A stretch of DNA of 64,000 bases from a candidate division TM6 bacterium GW2011_GWF2_32_72 (GTDB taxonomy: Bacteria > Babelota > Babeliae > Babelales > GWF2-32-72): positions 8,096-72,095 of the forward strand of contig LBON01000001.1 in assembly GCA_000989525.1 (NCBI GenBank), given 5' to 3'. The notes below the pieces were generated by a model. The model was given only the letters and a program-made list of their open reading frames with translations, did no database searches and was not told where the DNA came from. The first letter of the stretch is position 1. Each line of letters opens with the position of its first letter. Made by a program: the position numbers and the translations under genes. Shown here in pieces: positions 28,446 to 38,468 of the stretch.

Positions 28446-28959
28446 ATCTCATGGCGGAAGCAACCTCTGTTTTAGAGTAACTTAAAGAGTCCAGGGTGTC
28501 GGAGACGCTGTTCCAGATTCCCATATTTTCTGCAACTGCTTGAGGGATATCACCAGAACTAATTTTAGAAACTTTTCTACGAAGGCTGACAACTATTTGC
28601 TCAGCCTTTTTTGTACCAATGCCATTTAATGAGCTAAGTCGCTTTTCATCCTCCGCTTGAACAGCTAATACAAACTCTTGAGCACTTATCTGACTCAAAA
28701 TATTAATCCCCATTTTAGGACCAATTCCCTGACAATCTATTATTAACAAAAACACAGCCCGTTCAAATTCAGCCTGAAATCCAAAAATAGATGGACCATT
28801 ATCAGAACTCCAGTGCATATAAGTAAATAATTTTTGCTGCTTACCAACTTCAAACAAACCTGAATTGGGGACCTGAAAAGACAAACCAAACCCGCCAACT
28901 TCTATTATTACAGATGTATCAGCAACAGCTACTACGACTCCATTAACATAATTAATCAT
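28366..28959 (-). CDS. ruvA: Holliday junction DNA helicase subunit RuvA.
   Basis: The N-terminal OB-fold motif (MINYVNGVVVAVADTSVIIEVGGFGLSFQVP) is followed by HhH motifs (LNGIGTKKAEQIV). The 3' end overlaps ddl convergently by about 80 bp. Confidence 0.85.
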   Translation of the reverse strand: MINYVNGVVVAVADTSVIIEVGGFGLSFQVPNSGLFEVGKQQKLFTYMHWSSDNGPSIFGFQAEFERAVFLLIIDCQGIGPKMGINILSQISAQEFVLAVQAEDEKRLSSLNGIGTKKAEQIVVSLRRKVSKISSGDIPQAVAENMGIWNSVSDTLDSLSYSKTEVASAMRFIREKYAGSGCSFDQLLRYSLSFLSK

Positions 28960-29222
28960 CCCGATACTCCTTAAATCACCAAATTTTAAACTTTTGAACG
29001 TTAAATATAGCGAATTTGTTTATTTTTCGACAAGCATTTTAATACTTTTAACACACTCTAAATTCCAAAATACGTAAAATATATGTACCACAAAAAAGAT
29101 CCTATTTAACGAACGATTACTCCCACAATAGCCGCCTCCGCCAACACAAATGCAAGTTTGTGTTGACAATTTATCGCCATATGATACTTTTTCAATGTTT
29201 CCTTTTTGAAATTTATAGGTAT

Positions 29223-29298
29223 GCGAGAATAGCTCAGTTGGTAGAGCGTTGCCTTGCCAAGGCAAAGGTCGCGGGTTCAAGTCCCGTTTCTCGCTCCA
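29223..29298 (+). tRNA. tRNA-Gly (anticodon GCC).
   Basis: 76-nt cloverleaf read directly from the sequence. Acceptor stem is gcgagaa/ttctcgc. D-arm is gctc-agttggta-gagc. Anticodon stem is ttgcc/ggcaa with loop ttGCCaa. T-arm is gcggg-ttcaagt-cccgt. A discriminator t and encoded CCA follow. Confidence 0.85.
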
Positions 29299-29401
29299 TT
29301 TTTTTGTCTAATTTTAAAAAAACATTATTTTTGTTATACTTTTTGTATAAAATTAAATCCAAAATATAAAAATTTTACTAAACTTCGCCCAGGGAGGCAT
29401 T

Positions 29402-30196
29402 ATGAAATCAATAATTGAAGAAGGGTCAACACTTTTTAAGGCCATAGAAAAAGGCTGGGAAAAAGCAGGAAAGCCCGAAGAATTTACAGTTAGAGTTTTT
29501 GAAAAAGAGGAAAGAGGCTTTTTAGGTTTTTCAAGCAAACCTGCAAAAATAGCCATCCTTTTCAACGAAGTGGAAGACGAAGAGCTGGAGCCAAGAGGGT
29601 CTAGGCAATACGGCCAAGGCAAGCCTTACCAAAAAAAACAATACAACCAACCAATGGAAAACAAAGAAATTCAAGAAGCTGTCAAACCTATTATTAAAAA
29701 AAACAATGTTCAGCCTGATCCTGTAAGACAAGCAAGACCTCAAAAACAAGCTGAGAATACACGTCACACAGAACCTCAAAAAAAACATGAGCCATTGAAA
29801 AGCACAGAGCAACCAAAACAACCTGAACCTATAAAGCAAACTCTTGTTCAACCAATAGCTCCTCAAAAACAGATTGAAGACGAACAACCTCAAACCACAC
29901 CTGAACCAATAAAAAAACAGGTATGGTCTGATGAAATGGTGACAACAGCTCAAACATGGCTACAAACTTCTTTAGAAGCTGCTAATCTTGAAGCATTCAA
30001 ATTTAAAACTAAGGTTGATAAGTTTCATATCAAGTTTACATTTTTGGAACCTGTACTTGAAAGCAAAGATAAAGAAAAACAATTGTTCAGCAGTTTTGCA
30101 TATCTTTTAATGCTAAGCCTAAGACACAAATTCAAAAGAGAATTAAGAGGCTATAAGGCTGTGATCACTTCTAATGGAAGTCAAACTCAAAATTAA
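29402..30196 (+). CDS. jag: Jag/KhpB-like RNA-binding protein (Jag_N domain, P/Q/K-rich linker, C-terminal KH-like domain).
   Basis: The N-terminus MKSIIEEGSTLFKAIEKGWEKAGKPEEFTVRVFEKEERGFLGF matches the Jag_N pattern. It lies immediately upstream of mnmE, which is the conserved (yidC-)jag-mnmE synteny. An RBS (agggagg) is present. Confidence 0.6.
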   Translation: MKSIIEEGSTLFKAIEKGWEKAGKPEEFTVRVFEKEERGFLGFSSKPAKIAILFNEVEDEELEPRGSRQYGQGKPYQKKQYNQPMENKEIQEAVKPIIKKNNVQPDPVRQARPQKQAENTRHTEPQKKHEPLKSTEQPKQPEPIKQTLVQPIAPQKQIEDEQPQTTPEPIKKQVWSDEMVTTAQTWLQTSLEAANLEAFKFKTKVDKFHIKFTFLEPVLESKDKEKQLFSSFAYLLMLSLRHKFKRELRGYKAVITSNGSQTQN

Positions 30197-30213
30197 TATA
30201 AAAACGAAATAAC

Positions 30214-31572
30214 ATGATCAACAACACAATAATAGCTCAATGCACACCTAAAGGTTCTGGCGCCATAGCATTAATAAGAATCTCTGGCAACAAGGCCGTC
30301 ACCATAACAGATTCTATTTCCAAACTCGCGTCAGGAAAAAAACTTTCTGAACTTGAAAGTCACACTATTCACTTTGGATGGATAACAGGCTCTAATGGAA
30401 AAAAAATAGATCAAGTGATGTTTTTACTAATGAAGGCTCCTAAAACCTTCACCGGTGAAGACACGGTAGAAATAACCTGCCATAATAATCCATTTATAAT
30501 TGAAGAAATAATAAATTTAGCAATTCAAAATGGCGCAAGAATAGCCCAACCAGGTGAATTTGCAAAACAAGCTTTTTTAAATGATAAACTCGATCTTATT
30601 CAAGCCGAAAGCATAAACGAATTAATTCATGCTCAAACACAACAAGCTTTAAAAAAATCGCTCTCTCAAACAGAAGGAAGCCTTTCTAAGTTTATTTGTG
30701 AAATAGAAGAAGATATTATTTTGGCGCTGGCACATTCTGATGCAAGCTTTGAATTTCTAGAAGAAGAAGACATTGCATTTGCACCACAGATAAAAGAAAT
30801 TTTAAATACAATTCAAAACAAAATCGCACGCATTAAACAGAATTTTGAAAAAAGACAGCTAATTAAACAAGGTGTAAAAATTGCTCTGGTTGGCGGTGTA
30901 AACGCAGGCAAATCATCTTTATTCAATGCGCTTATTGGTCAAGATAAAGCAATAGTCACAGATATTGCCGGCACAACTCGAGATACCGTTGAATCAAGTC
31001 TCTATAAAAACGGATCTTTTTTAACGCTAGTGGATACAGCTGGAATACGAGAAACAACAGATATTGTAGAACAAAAAGGAATAGAAAAATCTATTCAGCA
31101 AGCCGCTCTAGCTGATATTATATTATTAATAACTGATGCCTCAAAAGAACCTTCTGACCAAGAAAAATCTTTATTTAATGAGCTTTTAACAAAATACCCA
31201 TCAAAAATAACAACTGTTTTTCATAAAATAGACCTAAAAGACAATGCGGAACTTCATGTTGATATCAAAACATCAATAAAGGATTCAAACAGCATAGAAC
31301 ATTTAAAAAAACACATTGATAATAAAATAGTCAACTTGCTTACTACAGCAGATTCACCATTTTTACTCAATGAAAGACAAATCGAATTGATTGAAGATTT
31401 GGAAAAAAATATAACCGAAATTCAATCAATGTTAAAAACCAAAAGTGTTGAATATGAGCTTGTTTCATATCAACTAAAAAAATCTTTAGAAAGCCTTGCC
31501 GAAATAACAGGTAAAACCGTATCTGAAGAATCAATGAATAAAATTTTCAAGCAATTTTGCGTTGGAAAATAA
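30214..31572 (+). CDS. mnmE: tRNA modification GTPase MnmE (TrmE).
   Basis: G-domain motifs GGVNAGKSSLFNAL...TDIAGTTRD...DTAG are present. The C-terminal CxGK motif (FCVGK) is characteristic of MnmE. Confidence 0.9.
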   Translation: MINNTIIAQCTPKGSGAIALIRISGNKAVTITDSISKLASGKKLSELESHTIHFGWITGSNGKKIDQVMFLLMKAPKTFTGEDTVEITCHNNPFIIEEIINLAIQNGARIAQPGEFAKQAFLNDKLDLIQAESINELIHAQTQQALKKSLSQTEGSLSKFICEIEEDIILALAHSDASFEFLEEEDIAFAPQIKEILNTIQNKIARIKQNFEKRQLIKQGVKIALVGGVNAGKSSLFNALIGQDKAIVTDIAGTTRDTVESSLYKNGSFLTLVDTAGIRETTDIVEQKGIEKSIQQAALADIILLITDASKEPSDQEKSLFNELLTKYPSKITTVFHKIDLKDNAELHVDIKTSIKDSNSIEHLKKHIDNKIVNLLTTADSPFLLNERQIELIEDLEKNITEIQSMLKTKSVEYELVSYQLKKSLESLAEITGKTVSEESMNKIFKQFCVGK

Positions 31573-31601
31573 TAACCCCTTCATACAAACAAAGGAATAT
31601 C

Positions 31602-32399
31602 ATGAATTATGAACGCATAACATCAATATTGCTAACTTTTTTTATATTTTTAATAGCAGCAGGCGCTCTTCTCTTTCAATCTTTTTATATTGTACAACCA
31701 GGATACTCTGCTTTACAATTGCGCCTTGGTAAAATTGTAAATATGCAAAATGCAGCCGGTGGATACTTAAAGGTCCCTTTTCTTGATAAAGTAATTTTCA
31801 TAAATAATCGAATATGTAAATCCGTAATTGAAACAACTGCACTCTCTAAAGACCTACAATCTGTTTCTATCGGTGTAGCAATAAATTATCAAATTGAAAA
31901 TGCATTAAAACTTTACGAAGCTGTTGGTACAGACTTTGAAAAGGTGATAATTGATCCATTTGCGCAAGAAAGCATTAAAGCTGTTGTGGCTAAATATACA
32001 GCAGAAGATTTAATTCAATTCAGACATGAAGCAAAAGAAAAAGTAAGTCTTGAATTAAGAGACAGACTTGGAGTCCACAATATACGCTTAATTGATTTTA
32101 ACTTTGTTCACTCAGATTTTTCTCCTGATTTTATAAAAGCAGTTGAAGATAAACAAATTGCAGAACAAAGCGCAAAGATGGCTAAAAACTTAACTGAAAA
32201 GGTAAAAGAAGAAGCCATTCAAACAAGAGCCAGAGCTGAAGCTGAAGCTTATGCCATGAAAATAAAAAAAGAATCCGCAACAAAAGAATTAATTGAACTT
32301 CAAAACATAGAAGCTCAATTGAAAGCAATCAACAAGTGGGATGGCAAATTACCACAAGTCTCTGGTGGAGCAACACCATTTATTAATTTAAATAGATAA
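31602..32399 (+). CDS. SPFH/band-7 (prohibitin/HflC-like) membrane protein.
   Basis: An N-terminal TM is followed by the SPFH core, then a C-terminal Ala/Glu-rich coiled coil (QTRARAEAEAYAMKIKKE). The start is placed at the ATG with an AAAGGA RBS. Confidence 0.7.
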   Translation: MNYERITSILLTFFIFLIAAGALLFQSFYIVQPGYSALQLRLGKIVNMQNAAGGYLKVPFLDKVIFINNRICKSVIETTALSKDLQSVSIGVAINYQIENALKLYEAVGTDFEKVIIDPFAQESIKAVVAKYTAEDLIQFRHEAKEKVSLELRDRLGVHNIRLIDFNFVHSDFSPDFIKAVEDKQIAEQSAKMAKNLTEKVKEEAIQTRARAEAEAYAMKIKKESATKELIELQNIEAQLKAINKWDGKLPQVSGGATPFINLNR

Positions 32400-32430
32400 A
32401 ACTTAAAACTATTAACTTATTAAACAACAA

Positions 32431-32462
32431 AAAACGAGCCGAAAGAATTTCCGGCTCGTTTT
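32431..32462. terminator. Bidirectional rho-independent terminator between the convergent SPFH and OmpA-like genes.
   Basis: 11-bp stem aaaacgagccg/cggctcgtttt, flanked by an A-run on one side and a T-run on the other. Confidence 0.7.
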
Positions 32463-32490
32463 TTAATTAAATTTATACTTATTTTTTAAA

Positions 32491-33171
32491 TTACACAGAC
32501 AATGTAAAGAATTCGCCGCGACGATTTCTCCATTGAGCTTTGCGATCCTTAGAAACAAGCGGTTTGCCATCAATAATTACTGGCATATCCTTACCACGTC
32601 CAACAACTTTAATATTAGACTTTGGTATTCCAGCTTCTATAAGTTCATTAGCTATTGCACTTGCTCGTTTTTCAGATAATGCATAGTTATAAACAGAAGA
32701 TCCAGCAGAATTGCAAGCGTGTGCTTCAATTACCAATGAGCCACCTTTTTTTACAATTTCTTTAGCCGCTTCTATATTTTTATTAACAACATCGGCTTGA
32801 TCTTCTTTTACCCCATATTGATCAAAGTCAAAATAAACTGTCTTAAAAGAATCTGATCTTTCAACATCAACTAAATTATCTTCTACAGAAAGCTTATCAT
32901 TTGATTTTTCCAATGAAGCTACATCAAAGGCTGCGCCACCTGAATTAAGTGCTTTTGAATCAGCATCTTCTTCCAAAACAAAAGCATCTATATCTTCGTC
33001 AAAAAAGCTTTTTACTTTTTCATTATTTGTAAGAACTTTCTTTTGCTTCATCTTGTCTTTTTTTTCAACTTTTGCTGATTTGCCAGCTTTAGGCGAAGAC
33101 TGTTTTTTCTTACCCCAGCAACCAGGGAGACATAGCAACATTGCTAATGATAATACAACCAATTTCTTCAT
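32491..33171 (-). CDS. OmpA-family peptidoglycan-associated lipoprotein (Pal-like).
   Basis: The internal start MKKLVVLSLAMLLCLPGCWG has a lipobox and an upstream aaggag RBS. The C-terminal OmpA-like domain is present (AHACNSAGSSVYNYALSEKRASAIANELIEAGIPKSNIKVVGRGKDMPV). Confidence 0.7.
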   Translation of the reverse strand: MKKLVVLSLAMLLCLPGCWGKKKQSSPKAGKSAKVEKKDKMKQKKVLTNNEKVKSFFDEDIDAFVLEEDADSKALNSGGAAFDVASLEKSNDKLSVEDNLVDVERSDSFKTVYFDFDQYGVKEDQADVVNKNIEAAKEIVKKGGSLVIEAHACNSAGSSVYNYALSEKRASAIANELIEAGIPKSNIKVVGRGKDMPVIIDGKPLVSKDRKAQWRNRRGEFFTLSV

Positions 33172-33356
33172 AAAACTCCTTAAGGTTTTTTGTAATAAAA
33201 AATTTCTATTATTACTTACAGAAACGGAAGTTACCACATTTTTAAAGGTTTTTCTACTCAGATTGCGCATTATTTTATATATTAAGTTAAGAAAGATAAA
33301 TTTTTTAAGGGAGAGTAAAGGGTTTTAACCCTTCAAAAAATTTTTACGGGAACGAT

Positions 33357-34859
33357 ATGAAAAAAATTTTAATAAGTCAAAATACATGGCAAACAAAAAT
33401 AGCCATCTTGCGGGACGACCTCCTACAAAATATATATTTTAAATCCCACAATTCTATTAACCTGGAAAGATCTTTCTTTAAGGGAACAATTTCAAAGGTT
33501 CTTCCTGGTATTCAAACAGCTTTTGTTGATATCGGACAAGAACGTTCTGGTTTTTTACATATCTCTGAAGTGGATCGTATTTCAGGATTTACAAAAATGG
33601 AAGGCCTAGATGCCTTAGATGAGGTTGAAGAAAAAAAAGTAATTCACCACCCAATGGATATAAGCAAAATATACAAAGAAGGTGAAGAAGTTCTTGTACA
33701 AGTAAGTAAAGAACCAATATTTGAAAAGGGCGCAAAACTCACAACATGCTTTATTCTTCCAGGTAGATTCATTGTTTTAATGCCCAATATTCCAAAAATT
33801 GGCGTTTCAAAAAAAATAGCCAACAGAGATGAGCGCACAAGACTCAAAGAACTTGTAAAATCAGCACTTCCAAAAGGCATGGGCGCAATTATTAGAACAA
33901 CATCAGAAGGGCGTCTTGAAAAAGATATTTCAAAAGACATAGCCTTCTTAGTAAGCACATGGCGATCAATAGAAAAGAGGTACAAAAACGCAAAGCCTGC
34001 CGAAATGCTTTATGAAGATATTGATATTTCATTCCAAGTTGTTCGAGACAATCTGGATGAAGATGTTGAAAGCATAATTGTTAACAATAAAGACGATTTA
34101 TCAAAAATATACAAATTTGTTAAAAACATAGCCCCTGAGCAGGCCTTTAAGGTCAAATTTTATGAAGAGCCACCACAATTATTCGATCACTTTGGTGTTA
34201 ATGAGCAAATCGAACAAGCACTAAATAAAAAAGTGGCTTTAAAATCTGGCGGATCATTAATAATAGAATCAACAGAAGCAATGACTGTTGTAGATGTAAA
34301 TACAGGCAAGTTTATTGGCAAAAAAAATCAAGAAGACACTATTTTAAAAACAAATCTAGAAGCGGCAGAAGAAACCGTTAGACAACTTAGATTAAGAAAT
34401 ATTGGCGGATTAATTGTTATAGATTTTATTGATATGGGATCATCTTCGAACAAACAAAAAGTTTTTAATCATCTTGAAAAAACACTTAAAGAAAGAGATA
34501 AGTTCCAATCTGTTGTTCTAAAGATTTCCGAGTTTGGACTTGTACAAATGACAAGAAAACGTTCTGGCAAGACCCTAATACAACAACTCATGGAAACATG
34601 TAACAAATGCAAAGGCCTTGGCGTTGTAAAATCAATTCAAAACATCAGTTATACAGTCTTAGAACAAGCAAAATCCCAAATGGGGACATATAAAAATAAA
34701 GAAGTAACTATTTCTCTTGGAAAACGAACCTTTGAATATATAACAAACAAGGAATACAATTCTATTCTTGATTTGGAAAAGAAATTTAATAATAAAATCA
34801 CTCTAGCTGAGCAAGACAATTTATCCGACAGTCATTTTATTATTCAATTAAGCCAATAA
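33357..34859 (+). CDS. rng: Ribonuclease G/E-family endoribonuclease.
   Basis: The N-terminal S1 domain (GTISKVLPGIQTAFVDIGQERSGFLHISEV) is followed by the catalytic domain motifs VVDVNTG and VIDFIDM. Confidence 0.85.
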   Translation: MKKILISQNTWQTKIAILRDDLLQNIYFKSHNSINLERSFFKGTISKVLPGIQTAFVDIGQERSGFLHISEVDRISGFTKMEGLDALDEVEEKKVIHHPMDISKIYKEGEEVLVQVSKEPIFEKGAKLTTCFILPGRFIVLMPNIPKIGVSKKIANRDERTRLKELVKSALPKGMGAIIRTTSEGRLEKDISKDIAFLVSTWRSIEKRYKNAKPAEMLYEDIDISFQVVRDNLDEDVESIIVNNKDDLSKIYKFVKNIAPEQAFKVKFYEEPPQLFDHFGVNEQIEQALNKKVALKSGGSLIIESTEAMTVVDVNTGKFIGKKNQEDTILKTNLEAAEETVRQLRLRNIGGLIVIDFIDMGSSSNKQKVFNHLEKTLKERDKFQSVVLKISEFGLVQMTRKRSGKTLIQQLMETCNKCKGLGVVKSIQNISYTVLEQAKSQMGTYKNKEVTISLGKRTFEYITNKEYNSILDLEKKFNNKITLAEQDNLSDSHFIIQLSQ

Positions 34860-34947
34860 TATTACAATATATTAATACCATACAGTACTATTTTATTTTA
34901 CCTGTATGCTAAATCTTTAAAGCCTATGAAAAACAAAAGGAATCGGA

Positions 34948-36405
34948 ATGTCCAGCAATAGTATTTTAGAAAAATATCCAAATTACAAAACTGATATTGG
35001 TATTGAAATTCACGTCCAATTAACAACCAAAAGTAAAATTTTTTGTTCATGCCCCAACACAATAAATCCTCAGCCTAATTCTACTATCTGCCAGGTTTGT
35101 GCGGGGTATCCAGGAGTTCTTCCTGTTTTAAATAAAGAAGTTGTTAATATGGCAATTATGGCAGGACTAGCGACAAACTGCACAATTAATAAAATTTCTG
35201 AATTTGATAGAAAGCATTATTTTTATCCAGATCTTCCAAAAGGTTATCAAATTACCCAAGGCAAAAAACCCATATGCAACAACGGCTACATTGAAATTAC
35301 AAAAGAAGATGGAACAACTAAAAAAGTTCGAATAAATAGAATTCATATAGAAGAAGATGCGGGCAAAAACACACATTCAGATGCAAGCCTAGAAAGTTTT
35401 GTAGATTTAAATAGAGCCGGAACACCTTTACTAGAAATAGTTACAGAACCAGACATAGAAAGCGCGCATGAAGCAAGAGAATATTTAAAAAATCTAAGAC
35501 TCATTGTTCAACACCTTGGGATATGCACAGGCAATATGGAAGAAGGTGCATTTAGAGGTGACACAAATATATCCGTTCGAAAAAAAGATAGCCTCAAATT
35601 AGGTACTAAGTGTGAACTTAAAAATATTAACTCATTCAAATTTATATCTGATGCAATAGAATATGAAATTGAAAGACAAATTATAGCAATTGAATCTGGT
35701 GAAAAAATTCTGCAAGAAACACGACTTTGGGATTCAAAAGAAAAGAAAACATTTGTAATGCGCGTTAAGGGCGAAGCAGCCGATTACAGATATCTAAACG
35801 ACCCAGATATGCCTATATTAGAAATTCAAGAAACATGGATAAAAGAAATTCAAAAATCAATGCCAGAGCTTCCGCAAGAAAAAAAAGAAAAACTAAAAAA
35901 AGACTTTGGTCTTTCTGATTATGAGGCAAATATACTTTTAAATGAACGAGAAATTTCTACTTTTTTTGAAACATGTTTTAAAATTAATCCAAGCAAACAA
36001 TTAATAAATTGGATATTGCGAGATCTAATTGGTTTTTTAAAAGAAGAAAAAATTCTACTCGCAGAATCTAAAATCACACCAGAATTAATGGCAAATTTCA
36101 CAAAGCTTCTTGATGATGGAAAAATAAATTCTAGAGTTGCAAAAGAAGTATTTGATGAATTTATTAAAACAGGAGAAGTCCCTTCAGATATAGTTAAAAA
36201 CAAAGGACTTGAATCTATTACTTCTGTTAATGAAATAGAAAAAATCATAAAACAAATCATCGCCTCAAATCCAAAACAACTTGAAGAATATAAATCAGGC
36301 AAAACAAAATTATTTGGATTCTTTGTTGGAAAAACAATGGAAGCCACTGCTGGAAAATGTGATCCTAAAATACTTCAAGAATTACTACATAAATATTTAA
36401 ATTAA
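34948..36405 (+). CDS. gatB: Asp/Glu-tRNA amidotransferase subunit B.
   Basis: N-terminal GatB motifs are present (IGIEIHVQL...SKIFCSC...CQVCAGYPGVLPVLN). The C-terminal GatB/YqeY domain is present. Length is 485 aa. Confidence 0.9.
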   Translation: MSSNSILEKYPNYKTDIGIEIHVQLTTKSKIFCSCPNTINPQPNSTICQVCAGYPGVLPVLNKEVVNMAIMAGLATNCTINKISEFDRKHYFYPDLPKGYQITQGKKPICNNGYIEITKEDGTTKKVRINRIHIEEDAGKNTHSDASLESFVDLNRAGTPLLEIVTEPDIESAHEAREYLKNLRLIVQHLGICTGNMEEGAFRGDTNISVRKKDSLKLGTKCELKNINSFKFISDAIEYEIERQIIAIESGEKILQETRLWDSKEKKTFVMRVKGEAADYRYLNDPDMPILEIQETWIKEIQKSMPELPQEKKEKLKKDFGLSDYEANILLNEREISTFFETCFKINPSKQLINWILRDLIGFLKEEKILLAESKITPELMANFTKLLDDGKINSRVAKEVFDEFIKTGEVPSDIVKNKGLESITSVNEIEKIIKQIIASNPKQLEEYKSGKTKLFGFFVGKTMEATAGKCDPKILQELLHKYLN

Positions 36406-36432
36406 AATATCACATGTAAATTTAAAACAATA

Positions 36433-36467
36433 AAAAAGCCGGATATTTTATCCGGCTTTTTTATTTT
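36433..36467. terminator. Bidirectional rho-independent terminator between gatB and the convergent phosphoesterase gene.
   Basis: 11-bp stem aaaaagccgga/tccggcttttt with a 7-nt loop. Confidence 0.7.
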
Positions 36468-36471
36468 ATTT

Positions 36472-37845
36472 TCAACCTATTAAAATGCCCTTGCTTCTGA
36501 GCAAATTAAAATAATCTTTATCCGCACCTTCAGGCGCCAGAAGTTTACCATCCTCATTTTCTTCTAATAAAATTTCACTTGAATTAGGATCAAGTTCTTT
36601 ATAATTCATTCGAACCTCTTTAGCATCTGATTTATATATAGCACCCTTGCTGTTCCTAAATTCAACATCTAAACCACCAGCTCCATTATTCAAAGCAGGA
36701 TGATATTTACACACAGCAAACTCTCCACCCGCACAACAAATAACTGGAATGTTATGCCATGTATCATAAAAAGTTTCATGATCATGCCCAACAACCAAAC
36801 CTATCACATTAAAATTTTCTATAACCCTATAAAATGCATCTTTTTCTTTATTAAACCACCAGTTACTCATTTTACCAACAGGTGGATAATGGAAAAAAAT
36901 AACAATAGGAGTTTTATACTGTTTTAAATTTTTATTTTTCAATTGCGCCACTGGTTGTTTTAATAAATCTTGAGCAGCTACTAAAGCCAAATCAGTCTTT
37001 AAAAAATCAAGCGAATTTATATTACGTTTTTCATCAACCCATGTATTATATGGAGCTAAACCGCAACAAACAAAATGAACACCGTCTATATCAAAAGAAT
37101 AAAACAAATTGCCATGCTTTTTTAAAAGAAAATCTACTGCAGCAGTTGTACCGCCAAACCGTGGTGAACCCAAATACACATCATGATTTCCAACACAAAG
37201 ATATATACTACAATCTTTACTAAAGCACGCTTTTTCAAGAGGATTAAACCAATACTTCTCAAACGCCAGCAAGCTATCATTTTTACCCATCTTATCTGTA
37301 TGAACTAAGTCGCCCGTCATAATAATAGCTCTACAACCATTATATTGCTTCATATAATCAATTATTGCGCCAACGTTTTCTATTTTGTTTTGACGACCAA
37401 GACATTTGGTTGGATCTAAAATATCATCCCAACATTTTTTTGCATTATCACCTTTTTTACCCAAACAAATAACTTCTGCCTTAGCCTTTAAAACGTTCTT
37501 AAATGCAATCTCTTTATCCTTTTCACTCTTAGATCGATCATATGCTTTTAAATCACTTGCTGCATGAACATCTCCCACCCCAAAAAAATAAAAAGGGGCA
37601 TCTGCTAACATAAAATGCTCAACCAACAACCCCTTTAAAATGTTTTTTATTTTTTGTAAATCATTCTGAATTGAGTTAGCTATTGTTAATTTAAAATCCG
37701 ATAGTTCATCAAGTAACGATAAGCCAGAATTTAAACTTATATTTATAATTATTTCACCATCTTTTGTCTTAACATCCACAACGTCATCGCAATAACACAT
37801 ACATGATGAAAACAAAAAAACAGAAATTATTATTTTTAAATTCAT
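36472..37845 (-). CDS. Secreted calcineurin-like metallophosphoesterase.
   Basis: A signal peptide precedes the phosphoesterase motifs GDVHA (GDxH), GDLVH, GNHD and GHDHE. Confidence 0.7.
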   Translation of the reverse strand: MNLKIIISVFLFSSCMCYCDDVVDVKTKDGEIIINISLNSGLSLLDELSDFKLTIANSIQNDLQKIKNILKGLLVEHFMLADAPFYFFGVGDVHAASDLKAYDRSKSEKDKEIAFKNVLKAKAEVICLGKKGDNAKKCWDDILDPTKCLGRQNKIENVGAIIDYMKQYNGCRAIIMTGDLVHTDKMGKNDSLLAFEKYWFNPLEKACFSKDCSIYLCVGNHDVYLGSPRFGGTTAAVDFLLKKHGNLFYSFDIDGVHFVCCGLAPYNTWVDEKRNINSLDFLKTDLALVAAQDLLKQPVAQLKNKNLKQYKTPIVIFFHYPPVGKMSNWWFNKEKDAFYRVIENFNVIGLVVGHDHETFYDTWHNIPVICCAGGEFAVCKYHPALNNGAGGLDVEFRNSKGAIYKSDAKEVRMNYKELDPNSSEILLEENEDGKLLAPEGADKDYFNLLRSKGILIG

Positions 37846-38050
37846 ATTTATCTCCTATTAAAAAACAACCCAATCTAAACTTTTTAAAAGTTTCATTTTC
37901 TCCGTATTTAAGTCAATAGTTTTTATATATACATTAAACAAACGCTCAACATTCACTTTAAAATAAACTTATTTTTACAAACTATAGATCTCGGCCAAAG
38001 AAAAATGATAGACTTTTTTAAATCAAAAAATTTATTACAGGGAGAAAAAA

Positions 38051-38317
38051 ATGATGTGGGCCCAAAACTACTTATTATTTATATTATCTTTTTTCTGCAC
38101 AACATCATTTGTAGGCCTTGGCTATTCAATAATTACACATCTAAAAACACAAATTAAATGTAACAAACAAGAATTAAAAACCAATGAACAATCTAAAAAT
38201 AAAACTACCCGCGTTGAAATGAACCTCGCAAACCAGCTTTTACAAATAAGTAATTTTATTGATACATCTCTATTAAAAAAGGAAGTACATGAATACAAAA
38301 GTATATTATCGAATTAA
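38051..38317 (+). CDS. Small hypothetical membrane protein.
   Basis: 88-aa ORF with one hydrophobic N-terminal helix. Support is weak. Confidence 0.25.
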   Translation: MMWAQNYLLFILSFFCTTSFVGLGYSIITHLKTQIKCNKQELKTNEQSKNKTTRVEMNLANQLLQISNFIDTSLLKKEVHEYKSILSN

Positions 38318-38426
38318 GTCTATTATATTTTTAGCAATAACATTTACCATTTTGGCATCATATCAATTCCGAAAAAAGAGTAGTCCACCAGAAAAACAAA
38401 AAATAGATGTCGTAATAAACGAATAA

Positions 38427-38458
38427 AAAAAGAGCCGCTAATTTCGCGGCTCTTTTTC
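38427..38458. terminator. Rho-independent terminator between convergent genes.
   Basis: Stem agagccgc/gcggctct with a 7-nt loop, then ttttt. An A-run lies upstream. Confidence 0.6.
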
Positions 38459-38468
38459 TACAATTTTT

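Noticed and set aside
29020-29369. Two ORFs (86 aa on the minus strand, 69 aa on the plus strand) overlapping the tRNA-Gly gene.
   Set aside because: They overlap a well-formed tRNA cloverleaf and have no coding signal. Both are spurious.
29531-29953. 140-aa minus-strand ORF inside the jag linker region.
   Set aside because: Antisense of a repetitive P/Q-rich segment. Its Cys/Phe/Leu-rich translation is not protein-like.
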